64,000 nt of DNA from Candidatus Babeliales bacterium. GTDB taxonomy: Bacteria > Babelota > Babeliae > Babelales > JANWKD01. The notes beneath the pieces were generated by a model. It had not been told where the DNA came from. It was given only the letters and a program-made list of their open reading frames with translations, and searched no databases. Below, in pieces: positions 23,785 to 33,286 of the stretch. The position numbers and the translations under genes were made by a program. How positions within the stretch are numbered: position 1 is the first letter of the stretch; each line of letters opens with the position of its first letter. The stretch is taken from the NCBI GenBank assembly GCA_963722255.1, contig CAVRJO010000001.1, positions 704,001 to 768,000 on the forward strand. Reading direction: 5' to 3'.

Positions 23785-24978
23785 TTACTCTGAACCTGAA
23801 CTACTTGAGCTATCTTCTTCTTTTTTTAGCAACTCGAAGCATTCAACTAATTGCCTACTATATTTCCCAATCTCCTCCTTTATTACAATACCATGCGGTG
23901 TTTTTTGAAATCTTTTCGATTCTAGGATATTAATACGATCCAAAAGACCTTGTATTCTTTCTAATAAAATCTTTTCCTTATAGCATTCAAAGGATTTAAA
24001 ATAATGCGAAATTGCTTTTAAGCATAAGTCTTCTGATTTTTCAAGCTCAACAACATTCCCTTGTATTTCAGTGTCTTCTTTGTGCACTAAATATTTTTCA
24101 CATTCAGGGAGAGATCTTCTTTTTTCCAATTTTGGTTTAATAATTTTTCCAAAAGTTCTACTTCGGCGAGGTCTCGGCTTTGCCGCTACTTCTTTCTCTT
24201 CAGGTATTTCTTGAATTTCAGAATGCGTAGTTCGAGATGATCTGATTAGTGCATAAGCTTCTCTTGTGAGAGCATAAGCCTTTTTTGCTTCTTCCAACCC
24301 TAATCTATAATTCGGTGAATCATAGATTGCTTCCTGAACCTCTCCAATAAACCGACCTACTTCTTCAGCAAACTTTAAAGACTCTTCATTACTTTTATCA
24401 ATTTTGTGAGCTTCCTCAAAATCATTCTTTGCACTTCTTGCTATACGTAAAATGCGCTTTAATGTTTCTTCATTTTTTTCATTTTTATTATTTTCATAAT
24501 TTTTTTCAGCTTTAATCTTAAGGCTCATTGCTTGTTCAAAATATGCCATTGATCCTCTATCCTGAATTCTTATTCTTAACTCTTCTTTTGTTGCCGGATC
24601 AAGACAATCTCCACTTTGACTTTCATAGGTTGTATAGCTTACATATTTTTCATACAGCATCCTTAAAAGATCAAATTGTATCAATTGATCTTTATAATCA
24701 GAATGGTTTGTTTTAAATTCAAGAGTTAAAAATTGTAAATATTTTTGTGAACGCCTTATTGTTGAAGCTTGCTGTCGAAGTTCCATATTAGTATACGAAA
24801 ATGAAGAAACATTCTTTGAATCTGTGGCTAAATAATATTTTGAACGCTTTTCTTTTTTTTTATTCTTTTTTTGAGTAAATTCTTTTGATTCTTTGTTTTC
24901 ATCGATTTCTTCCATTGCAAAAAATAGACTACTATGCATGCTACAAAAAAGTATCAGAAAAAACATGATGCTATACAT
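23785..24978 (-). CDS. Secreted helical hypothetical protein
   Basis: Signal FFA-MEE; basic clusters; Ser-rich tail. Confidence 0.75.
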   Translation of the reverse strand: MYSIMFFLILFCSMHSSLFFAMEEIDENKESKEFTQKKNKKKEKRSKYYLATDSKNVSSFSYTNMELRQQASTIRRSQKYLQFLTLEFKTNHSDYKDQLIQFDLLRMLYEKYVSYTTYESQSGDCLDPATKEELRIRIQDRGSMAYFEQAMSLKIKAEKNYENNKNEKNEETLKRILRIARSAKNDFEEAHKIDKSNEESLKFAEEVGRFIGEVQEAIYDSPNYRLGLEEAKKAYALTREAYALIRSSRTTHSEIQEIPEEKEVAAKPRPRRSRTFGKIIKPKLEKRRSLPECEKYLVHKEDTEIQGNVVELEKSEDLCLKAISHYFKSFECYKEKILLERIQGLLDRINILESKRFQKTPHGIVIKEEIGKYSRQLVECFELLKKEEDSSSSSGSE

Positions 24979-25152
24979 ATATTCTCCTCAATCTTACAAA
25001 GGACAAACAATAATGTGATAATCGTAGCTATTTTTTTACACAAAACTAAATAGAATACTCATAATGGTATAAAATAATTTGCTATTCTATTGTAAATAAA
25101 AACAAAAAATTTATACTTACTACTAGTTACTTTACATAATACAGGATACACT

Positions 25153-25716
25153 ATGCTTTCTCTATCAAAAAAAATGTTATCAGCTTGTGCGTTATTCGTT
25201 TGTGCAATACTACTTATGCTTTCACAAAACTGTTCTTCTATGGAAATTCTTAAAACCGGCGCGCAACAAATCTTTAACCGTGAAACAGTTAAGATTACCG
25301 GCGCCGGAATTGCTTCCGTTTTGGGATACAATTTAATCACTGCTTTAACTACTAGACACATAATAAAATCCAAAGAATACTCAGAGGATCTTCATTTTAA
25401 TGATAGCACCCTCGATAAGCTCCTATTCGTAAATAACATACTACAAGCACTATCAATCGGGAGCTTCACAGCTTTGGCAGCACGTCTTGGCCCAAAAACA
25501 TGGCCTCAATTGAATCTTTGCCAATTAGCACTACCGTCAGTTGCACTTGGTTTAGGAATTGGCATTACAAGATACTCTGTTAATTATTATAATGAAGAAA
25601 ATGGTCAAGATGATGAGAGTTCTTTTGCCCAGACATTAATCACAGCAAAATCATGCATGAATGCCATCGAAATTGTTTTTCCTCTTTCAATTTTATGTTA
25701 TCGTTATATGCAATAA
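25153..25716 (+). CDS. Membrane protein family member 1
   Basis: Signal CSS-MEI; AARLGPKTWPQLNL motif. Confidence 0.8.
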   Translation: MLSLSKKMLSACALFVCAILLMLSQNCSSMEILKTGAQQIFNRETVKITGAGIASVLGYNLITALTTRHIIKSKEYSEDLHFNDSTLDKLLFVNNILQALSIGSFTALAARLGPKTWPQLNLCQLALPSVALGLGIGITRYSVNYYNEENGQDDESSFAQTLITAKSCMNAIEIVFPLSILCYRYMQ

Positions 25717-25736
25717 TATCAACTATAAGGAACTTT

Positions 25737-26306
25737 ATGAATTCAAAAAAACTATTTACACTCGTTACTCTTTTTACGCTAGTCACCTTTACACACAATA
25801 ATTTTTCAATGAACAGCACATTTTCAGCAGAATCTTGGAAAATAGCCGGGGAACGGCTCATGACACTTGAATCAGCAAAAATCCTCGGTGGAGTTATAAT
25901 AGGAGCGGCGCTCTTTGATTATGCACACAGTCTCTTGTGCTCTAAAATAGCTCCTAAACTTTATAGAATAGAAAAAAATGATACTTTGCAGTCAAAACTT
26001 TCTAAACCATTAACTGAAAATTTTAAACAGAAGCTTCAATCATGCTTAAACCTTGGATATGTTACGCTATTTTTTGGACACATTTTTGCAACTTCTCCGC
26101 TCAATCTTTCAGATCTTAAAAAACCGGCTATGGTACTCGTAGGCGGCATTACCCTTGCATCATTTTTGACGGGAGCTGCAAATTTCGCTGATCCAGCTAG
26201 TGGCCTTGGATTTGAAAATATAGTGAAACAGGCCATAATAACTAAAGAAGCTTGCATGGCAGCAACCATAGCCGTACTTCCCTTTGTCTTCAGTTATTGT
26301 CGCTGA
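25737..26306 (+). CDS. Membrane protein family member 2
   Basis: AAGGA RBS; signal NFS-MNS; CSKIAP, LNLSDLKKPA. Confidence 0.75.
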   Translation: MNSKKLFTLVTLFTLVTFTHNNFSMNSTFSAESWKIAGERLMTLESAKILGGVIIGAALFDYAHSLLCSKIAPKLYRIEKNDTLQSKLSKPLTENFKQKLQSCLNLGYVTLFFGHIFATSPLNLSDLKKPAMVLVGGITLASFLTGAANFADPASGLGFENIVKQAIITKEACMAATIAVLPFVFSYCR

Positions 26307-26339
26307 TTAAGTTTAAACCAACGAAGGTATGGACATTTT

Positions 26340-26950
26340 ATGCTTACAACAAAAAAATATATATTTCTCTTTATTATGTTCTTGGGAACTACAGCAGTAT
26401 CGCAACCATGTTCTGCAATGGAAACATTAAAATCAGTTGCTTGCGATATGTTTAGTGCGCCGACTGCTAAAATGTTTGGCTCCATGGTTCTAAGCACTGC
26501 ATTATATGAAGTTGCTCATAATCTAACGTGCGCACAAATAAGTCCACACTACTATCACAATTCACAGTTTCTAAGTCCAGTACGTATGCCATTTCATCAC
26601 ACAATGCACTACTCTTGCTTCCTATACTTTCTATCACAGCTGCAGCACGTATTGGCTCATGGCCCAAATTAGAAATTGCAGATTTAGTAAAACCTGCTTT
26701 ATACACTTTTGGGGCTATAACCTTACTATCTTCCTTTGCCGGTATAAGTAGATATAAAAATTATAATTTTGAAAAAGAAAAAAATGAGGCTTGCAATCGT
26801 GATAGACAATTAATGGAATTATGGGGCGAAGCGGTATTTAAAAAATTTGACACTATTATTGATGCAAGAAGAACTGCTCGCGATTTTTATTGGTTAGCCG
26901 GAGTCATTTTGCCCATTTCATGTGCTGTTATGCGTTATAAAAAAAGTTGA
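26340..26950 (+). pseudogene. Membrane protein family member 3, frameshifted near 26560-26600
   Basis: N-half (CSA-MET, CAQISPHYY) and C-half (AARIGSWPKLEIADLVKPA) in different frames. Confidence 0.7.
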
Positions 26951-26987
26951 ATATTATCAAAATAATTAACAATCAAAAGGATTTTTT

Positions 26988-27653
26988 ATGAAAACATTCT
27001 TAGTAAGAACTTTATTTCTTTGCACCGTATTATGCACTGCAGCATCAGATATTTTTTCAATGGAAACAAAACAGCTGCCCCAACCAATAATTGAAGATAC
27101 AAGAAACACCGACAGCAGAGAAAAAGAGAAGGTTGATGATAATGGCCCATTGCCAAAAGAGCTCCACATTACTCCTTCACCATTCTCATTGCTTAACTTT
27201 GCAAAAAAGAATTGGTTACCAATTGTTGGGCTCACAACACTTTCTGCATATTGTGTTTATGACAGGCAAGCATTACCGGAAGTTATTTCATGGAGCAAAA
27301 ATCTTTGGCAAACACTACCCAGGATATTCAAGGGTTTTGTTGGTCTTGGTGTTGCATACAAAACATATAACTACTTCTTCAACAAGCCAGCGCTTTACAA
27401 TAATTCAAACCACAATAAGTGCATTACATGGGAAGTCTTTGAACCATATATGGAAATGTTGGCTAAATCTCTAGAAGTGTATCAACTAAAGAAAAAAGAT
27501 CCCAAAGCTGCTATTGAACTTGCAATTGAACATCAATTGCAACAAGAACAAGAACTCATGAAATACATGCCCGACATTGGATTTGCAGGCCAAGATGGAT
27601 TTGGTTCACCATTTCCTAAATCTACAAATACTCAAACACCAGAAACTGATTAA
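26988..27653 (+). CDS. Secreted/membrane hypothetical protein
   Basis: Signal IFS-MET; two hydrophobic segments. Confidence 0.75.
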   Translation: MKTFLVRTLFLCTVLCTAASDIFSMETKQLPQPIIEDTRNTDSREKEKVDDNGPLPKELHITPSPFSLLNFAKKNWLPIVGLTTLSAYCVYDRQALPEVISWSKNLWQTLPRIFKGFVGLGVAYKTYNYFFNKPALYNNSNHNKCITWEVFEPYMEMLAKSLEVYQLKKKDPKAAIELAIEHQLQQEQELMKYMPDIGFAGQDGFGSPFPKSTNTQTPETD

Positions 27654-27855
27654 ATTTGTTTCATATTTTTATAAGAGAATAAAAGATTTTAATGACTTAA
27701 TTTTCTTTTTTCATAAGTCCAAATAGACAAGATATTATTTTTTCAAACTGCCTCAAACAAAACAAATCTGCTTGATATCTTCACTTGTTTTGTTATTATT
27801 AGATTATTAAAAAATAATAAAAACAATTTTTTTCAATTATAAAATACAGGAGCCC

Positions 27856-29808
27856 ATGAAAAAGCGTCTCATACCTTTAGCCATTGTTTTCACTATCTGC
27901 GGTTCATTACCTCTATTTGCAATGGAGCTGAGCGTTCAGAGTCAAAAAGAAAAGATAGAAACATATATGACTGAAGGCGCCAATCTTGATAACTATGATC
28001 ATAATGGCAATACACCTTTGTTCTTTGCAGCTCAACATAATGACATCAACCTTGTTCATAAACTTGTTGCGTCTGGTGCAGGCGTTAACACGCAAGCACT
28101 AAATGGTTCAACGCCTCTTTCGGAAGCAGTTCGTCACCGAAATATTAATATTGTTAGCTTTTTATTAGATCATGGAGCTCAAAGTGGCATCCAAGATGAA
28201 AAAGGTGATACAGCACTCTCGCTTGCGCTTGATAATGGTTTTATCGATATTGCACAGCGCATAGTATCAGGAGAGAATAAGAGCAAGGCTAAAAAAAATA
28301 GGACAGTAAAAAATGAAGCGGAAAAAAATCAAGGTGAAAAAGAACATAAAAAAAGTAAAAAAGAGCAAATTAAGAATGCTACACATTTAGTTGTGTATGA
28401 AATAAAAGCCGGTTTTGATTTTAAACATATACAAGAACATCGCAACGTTAGTGAACATGTGCAGAGAAGAGCATTGGATGTGTTTAAAAAAGAATATCAA
28501 AGCACCATAAATGTAGAAAGAAGAGCTCAGATTGATAATGCATGGCCGCTATTGAAGGCTGCGATGCTTAATAATGATAGTAAGGCAGTAAAATGCTTAG
28601 TAAATGATCCAACTATCGATATTAATATGCAAGATATTTTCAGCTGTACACCTTTAGTCTTAGCTGCAAGCAAAGGTAATTTGAAGATTGTAAAAGCATT
28701 AGTAAATCATAAAAAGATAGTGATTGACGTGCCCAATGTGGTTGGTAGGACTCCATTAATGGAAGCCGTTTTTTATGAGCATTTTGAAGTTGCAAAACTT
28801 CTAATAAAAAAAGGCGCAAATATTAATGCTCATGACGCTTTAGGGTTTACACCTTTAAGAATTGCTATTTCCAAAAAAAATCATGCAATGGTTGATTTAC
28901 TGCTCAGTTTTTATAGCGAACTAGATATTAACATGAAAAGCATAAATGGTTATTCTGCACTCTATCATGCTGCAAGAGATGGTCAGTTTGATTTAGTTGA
29001 GAAGTTGGTGCAGTATGGCGCCATAATTGAAGATGAATCTGAAGAAACAAGCCCTTTGAATTGTATAGAAATATCTCAAAAAATAGAAAAATATTTACGG
29101 AAAGTTGTTAGAAAAAGAGCACATGAAATAGCGGGAGAGCACTATGAGCAAATTCAGGAAAAAAACCAAAGCATGGAAACTCATCTTGTTATTGATAGGA
29201 TAACAAATGATCGTTATGACATTCAAAATATAACTGCAAAAGACATATCAAAAATAATCGAAGGTTTTTTTGGCCTTGGTATTGTTGCATGCAAAATATT
29301 ATCTAATGAAGCATCTAAACATAATAATTCAGAAAACAGTTTCGCTTTACAAATGCAACAAATAATGGAAAAAAATCCAAAAGCTTATGCATTTTTCATG
29401 GAAAATCCAAATGGTGCAGCGTGTTTTGTACAGTGGATGTACTATCAAACGATATTAGACCTAATACGTAATAAAAACAACAAAAAAGAAGGTGCCAAAG
29501 GCTTTGTTGACCGTTGTATTGTTGCATGTAAAACATCATTTAACGCACCATTTCAACGTAGTAATTCAGAAAACAATTCCGCTTTACAAATGAAACAAAT
29601 GATGGAAAAACATCCCGTAGCTACTGCATTATACATGAAGCCGATATACCATAAAATGATATTAGATCTAATACGTAATATGAATGACAAAAAAGAAGAA
29701 ATGTCAAAGATAATCAAAGGCTTTGTTGGCCTTGGTATTGTTGCATGTAAAGTATCATTTAATGAAGCATCTCAACGTAATAATTCAGAAAACAATTTCG
29801 CTTTATAA
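27856..29808 (+). CDS. Secreted ankyrin-repeat protein with C-terminal tandem repeats
   Basis: GNTPLFFAA, GSTPLSEAV, GRTPLMEAV; N-terminus paralogous to 12885. Confidence 0.92.
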   Translation: MKKRLIPLAIVFTICGSLPLFAMELSVQSQKEKIETYMTEGANLDNYDHNGNTPLFFAAQHNDINLVHKLVASGAGVNTQALNGSTPLSEAVRHRNINIVSFLLDHGAQSGIQDEKGDTALSLALDNGFIDIAQRIVSGENKSKAKKNRTVKNEAEKNQGEKEHKKSKKEQIKNATHLVVYEIKAGFDFKHIQEHRNVSEHVQRRALDVFKKEYQSTINVERRAQIDNAWPLLKAAMLNNDSKAVKCLVNDPTIDINMQDIFSCTPLVLAASKGNLKIVKALVNHKKIVIDVPNVVGRTPLMEAVFYEHFEVAKLLIKKGANINAHDALGFTPLRIAISKKNHAMVDLLLSFYSELDINMKSINGYSALYHAARDGQFDLVEKLVQYGAIIEDESEETSPLNCIEISQKIEKYLRKVVRKRAHEIAGEHYEQIQEKNQSMETHLVIDRITNDRYDIQNITAKDISKIIEGFFGLGIVACKILSNEASKHNNSENSFALQMQQIMEKNPKAYAFFMENPNGAACFVQWMYYQTILDLIRNKNNKKEGAKGFVDRCIVACKTSFNAPFQRSNSENNSALQMKQMMEKHPVATALYMKPIYHKMILDLIRNMNDKKEEMSKIIKGFVGLGIVACKVSFNEASQRNNSENNFAL

Positions 29809-29844
29809 ATTCGACAAATGATTGAAAAAAATCCAGAAGCGGCT
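29247..29844 (+). repeat. Three degenerate intragenic tandem units (about 200-250 bp)
   Basis: GF.GLGIVACK...NNSENxFALQMxQxMEKxP repeated; third unit carries CAA>TAA. Confidence 0.8.
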
Positions 29845-30020
29845 CAGGGCAACCGCACTATAAAGATTGAATTAATAAGAGAAAAATACGTTTGGAACGG
29901 CAGTTAAATTCACTCGTCTCATTGCGAGCAAATGCGCGGCAACCCAGTTATAAAAATAAAAAATTCATTAATAAAATGACCTATTTATCCACTGGGTTGC
30001 TTCGCAAGCTCGCAATGACA
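29845..30020. mobile_element. Second (left-end) copy of ISAs1-like MITE with paired palindrome at 29918-30019
   Basis: cagggcaaccgcactataaagattgaattaataa matches 11981 onward; right TIR not found. Confidence 0.7.
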
Positions 30021-30236
30021 ACCTTGCGATTAATAATCGTTTTTTTTGTTGCAAGAAAACATGTCTTAATGAAAAAAATAGCTTATAAAATATTTCCGAT
30101 AGCACGTCGTGCACCCGAAATCATGAGGCTTAAAGCCTCAATGATGTGTGGTGCATATACGCACGGAAAAGGGACAAAAGGAACTGTTTGTGCCCTTTTG
30201 TCTGCAGTATTTTGGGCACGCAAAATACTGCTAATA
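30014..30236 (+). repeat. About 225-bp structured repeat, copy 2
   Basis: Inverted copy of 10509-10735; perfect stem gcagtattttg/caaaatactgc. Confidence 0.85.
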
Positions 30237-30343
30237 GGAAAAATGCCCTTTGGTATTAAAGGTATTCGGCATGCAATATCTTTATAACTACAAATAAAAC
30301 ATCACTTTGAATTAAGATCTTTTGAACATACAAAAGACCTTAA

Positions 30344-31762
30344 TTATAAACTTTGTATAATCTCTAATTCATTAAAATAGAATTTAGTATCACCAATCTG
30401 CTGATAATGATCAGGTCCTTTACCAAGCAACGCAATAATAGTTCCGGATTTTGAACGTGCATAGGCCTTTTTTATTGCCTCTTCACGATCAAGCACAATT
30501 TCATAGCTATCAATATCATCTGATGCTACACCACAAAGCATATCAGCAATAATTGATCTTGGATCTTCTGAGCGAGGATTATCAGAAGTAAAAAAAACAA
30601 AATCAGCTTTATTTGTTGCCAAAGCAGCCATTAAAGGCCGTTTTGTTTTATCACGGTCTCCACCTGCGCCACACACAACAATAAGATGATTCGTTAGATT
30701 CCGCAACGTTGACAATACCGATTGAAATGAAGAAGGGTTGTGCGCGTAATCAATATAACATACCGCTCCATTGGGTAAGCAATAACGCTCTAAGCGCCCG
30801 GGCACTCGTTCAAAGGTTGCAATACCTTCACAAATTGTTGTTGCAGAAATACCAAGTTTATGCGCTAAAGCAAAAACACCGACCGCATTATAACAATTAA
30901 ATTCTCCAACAAGCCTCATTGAAAGAGTAGTGCTTAAACCATCATATTCAAGCATACATGAAGTTCCATGAGATGAACTGCTTAAAGGAATAAAAGCATA
31001 ATCAGCTTCTACGACTTTTCCAAATGAACAATGGTTTGATTGCCCATGCAATAATCCTATACACCACTCATTATCACTATTAATAATTACCGGCGCATCT
31101 TTTTTGGTTTGTGCTACAAGAGATGCTTTTGCCTGAAAATAGTCATTAAGATTTGCATAAAATTCAGCATGCTCTTGATCAAAATTAGTGATTATAAAGC
31201 CGTCAAATTCAATACCATGTAAACGATAAAGGGTATGGGCCTGTGCTGCAGCTTCCAAAATAACATACTCAACACCAACTTGCACACATTCACGCAAAAA
31301 AACATGAATATAATCAGGATGCTGCGTTGTTAAAGTAGTTGAAAATTGTTGTCCCAAAATTTTATTATACACCGTACTGAGGAGAGCTGTTTTATAACCG
31401 GCATGTGCTAAAATATGTTCAAGTAAAAAAGCGGAACTTGTTTTGCCTTTTGTGCCTGTTATACCCAAAATTTTAAGCTTACGTGCCGGATATCCACACA
31501 CTTGCGCGCTTAAAAGGGCCAAAGCCTTACGTGCATTATCAACACGCACAAGATCTATATTTTTTTCTTGCAAACTCTGCTCTAAAGTTGGATCCAATAG
31601 TACCTGATTTTCAACTACAATAGTTGTTGCGCCTCGCTCAAGCGCTAAGGGAATATAGGAAATTCCATCAAGCTTCATACCACGAACTGCAACAAATGTT
31701 GACCCTTGACCAACAAAATCGGTATGGCTTGTAACAGGGAAAATTTTTGGTAATTGTATCAT
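30344..31762 (-). CDS. murE: UDP-MurNAc-tripeptide synthetase
   Basis: GITGTKGKTS, PGRLE, DYAHNP, GAGGDRDKTKR, SDNPRSEDP, GKG. Confidence 0.95.
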   Translation of the reverse strand: MIQLPKIFPVTSHTDFVGQGSTFVAVRGMKLDGISYIPLALERGATTIVVENQVLLDPTLEQSLQEKNIDLVRVDNARKALALLSAQVCGYPARKLKILGITGTKGKTSSAFLLEHILAHAGYKTALLSTVYNKILGQQFSTTLTTQHPDYIHVFLRECVQVGVEYVILEAAAQAHTLYRLHGIEFDGFIITNFDQEHAEFYANLNDYFQAKASLVAQTKKDAPVIINSDNEWCIGLLHGQSNHCSFGKVVEADYAFIPLSSSSHGTSCMLEYDGLSTTLSMRLVGEFNCYNAVGVFALAHKLGISATTICEGIATFERVPGRLERYCLPNGAVCYIDYAHNPSSFQSVLSTLRNLTNHLIVVCGAGGDRDKTKRPLMAALATNKADFVFFTSDNPRSEDPRSIIADMLCGVASDDIDSYEIVLDREEAIKKAYARSKSGTIIALLGKGPDHYQQIGDTKFYFNELEIIQSL

Positions 31763-31780
31763 AATGAAAAAATCTTTATA

Positions 31781-31882
31781 ACTGGATTGTACAGTCTTCG
31801 CTTATCCACGCCTTCCGGCTTGGCAAGCTTCGACGCACAGGCCACGACCATGCTTCGCTTTGCAAAGCAAGCTCGCAATGAC
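31781..31882. repeat. GTCAT element arm with nested palindromic insertions
   Basis: actggattg-[about 50 bp insert]-gccacgaccatgcttcgctttgcaaagcaagctcgcaatgac; aligns with reverse complement of 10758-10810. Confidence 0.75.
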
Positions 31883-31885
31883 AAT

Positions 31886-33235
31886 TTATTTTGTATGCTT
31901 TTCATATTCACGCAAACCAATTTTAATGAATGGTAGCAACATTAAAATTCCAAACAAATTTACCACCAGCAAGACAGCATTAATCAAATCGGTCATATTC
32001 CAAATAAGATCAACTTTTGCAAGTGCACCAAGAAAGGTTGCCAAACAATAGATAATGTTAATTGCCATAATCCATTTGCCTTGCGTTAAAAATAGCCAAC
32101 AACTACGTGCAATATAGGCATACGAAACTAAGACACCAAGACCAAAACTAATTGAAAGAAAGGTAACAATCCAACCCCCGAAAGTGCCAAAAACAGTTTC
32201 ATACGCTGAAATCGTAAGATCAAGACTGGTTTGCCCGTTATTCCAAACACCACTTACAATAATCATAAGAGCAACTGAAAAACAAACTAAATTTGCGCTA
32301 ATAAATGAACCAAGCATCGACATAATACCATCTTTTGTTGGCTCAGTAGTTGCAGATCCTCCAAAAAGAACTGCGGCAGTTCCAAGACCCGCCTCAGAAG
32401 CATTCAAAGTACGCGCAATACCAAAACGTATCGCTTGTTGTATGCTATAACCAACAGCACCGCCAAAAATTGCTTGTGGAGTTAACGCAGATTTAAGGAT
32501 CAAAATTAATGCCTGAATAAGCCCAGAAGAATGATATCCTAAAACAATAAACGCTGAAAGAAAAAAGACCCCAACTTTAAGCGGCACAATTTTATCAGAA
32601 ACGGCAATAATTCTTTTTGCACCACCAAGCATCACGTACAACATGAACACAAGAAGAATAAGAGCAACAATCAAACTTTCAACACCAAAAATTCGAGAAC
32701 ACCCAATACGAATAGTATTTGCCTGCATTGCATTACCGGTCGTTAGAGCTAAGAACAGACAAAATAATGCATAAAGATAGGGTAAAAAAGTACGGCCAGG
32801 AATTTGGCTAAGATAGACCATAGGGCCACCAACTACACTATGTCCCCAATGTTTAACACCAAATGCAGTACTTAAAAAAACTTCACAAAATCTGATTGCC
32901 ATACCTAATAATCCAAAAACAAAAATCCAAAGCGCAGCACCGGGACCACCAGAAAAAATGGCTGTTGCCATACCCCCAAGACTGCCATTACCCAAACTAG
33001 TACTCAGGGCATTAAGAAATGCTTGAAAAGGAGTCATATCTCCTTTTTTTCCAGCCTTAACCCCATCTGGAAATAACAACAACTTCCAAGCTGTTATAAA
33101 ATAACGAAATTGAATAAACCCAAGAGAAGCTGTAATTATACATGCAATACCAACAAAAAAAATAATGAGAGGCCATCCCCATAAGAAATTATTTATCAAT
33201 AAAATCCAATCATTTATCATTTCATTAATCTGCAT
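31886..33235 (-). CDS. Alanine/glycine:cation symporter (AGCS family)
   Basis: TPFQAF, GGPGAALW, GGPMVY, MQAN, EAGLGT. Confidence 0.93.
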   Translation of the reverse strand: MQINEMINDWILLINNFLWGWPLIIFFVGIACIITASLGFIQFRYFITAWKLLLFPDGVKAGKKGDMTPFQAFLNALSTSLGNGSLGGMATAIFSGGPGAALWIFVFGLLGMAIRFCEVFLSTAFGVKHWGHSVVGGPMVYLSQIPGRTFLPYLYALFCLFLALTTGNAMQANTIRIGCSRIFGVESLIVALILLVFMLYVMLGGAKRIIAVSDKIVPLKVGVFFLSAFIVLGYHSSGLIQALILILKSALTPQAIFGGAVGYSIQQAIRFGIARTLNASEAGLGTAAVLFGGSATTEPTKDGIMSMLGSFISANLVCFSVALMIIVSGVWNNGQTSLDLTISAYETVFGTFGGWIVTFLSISFGLGVLVSYAYIARSCWLFLTQGKWIMAINIIYCLATFLGALAKVDLIWNMTDLINAVLLVVNLFGILMLLPFIKIGLREYEKHTK

Positions 33236-33286
33236 GAATAGTTTCCTTTCAAAAAACTAATACAAAAACTGTGTAATTTGATTCAA

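Noticed and set aside
30080..30236. Group II intron or riboswitch identity for the structured repeat
   Set aside because: No GTGCG 5' end, domain V or reverse transcriptase seen; both copies lie at gene 3' ends, not in leaders.
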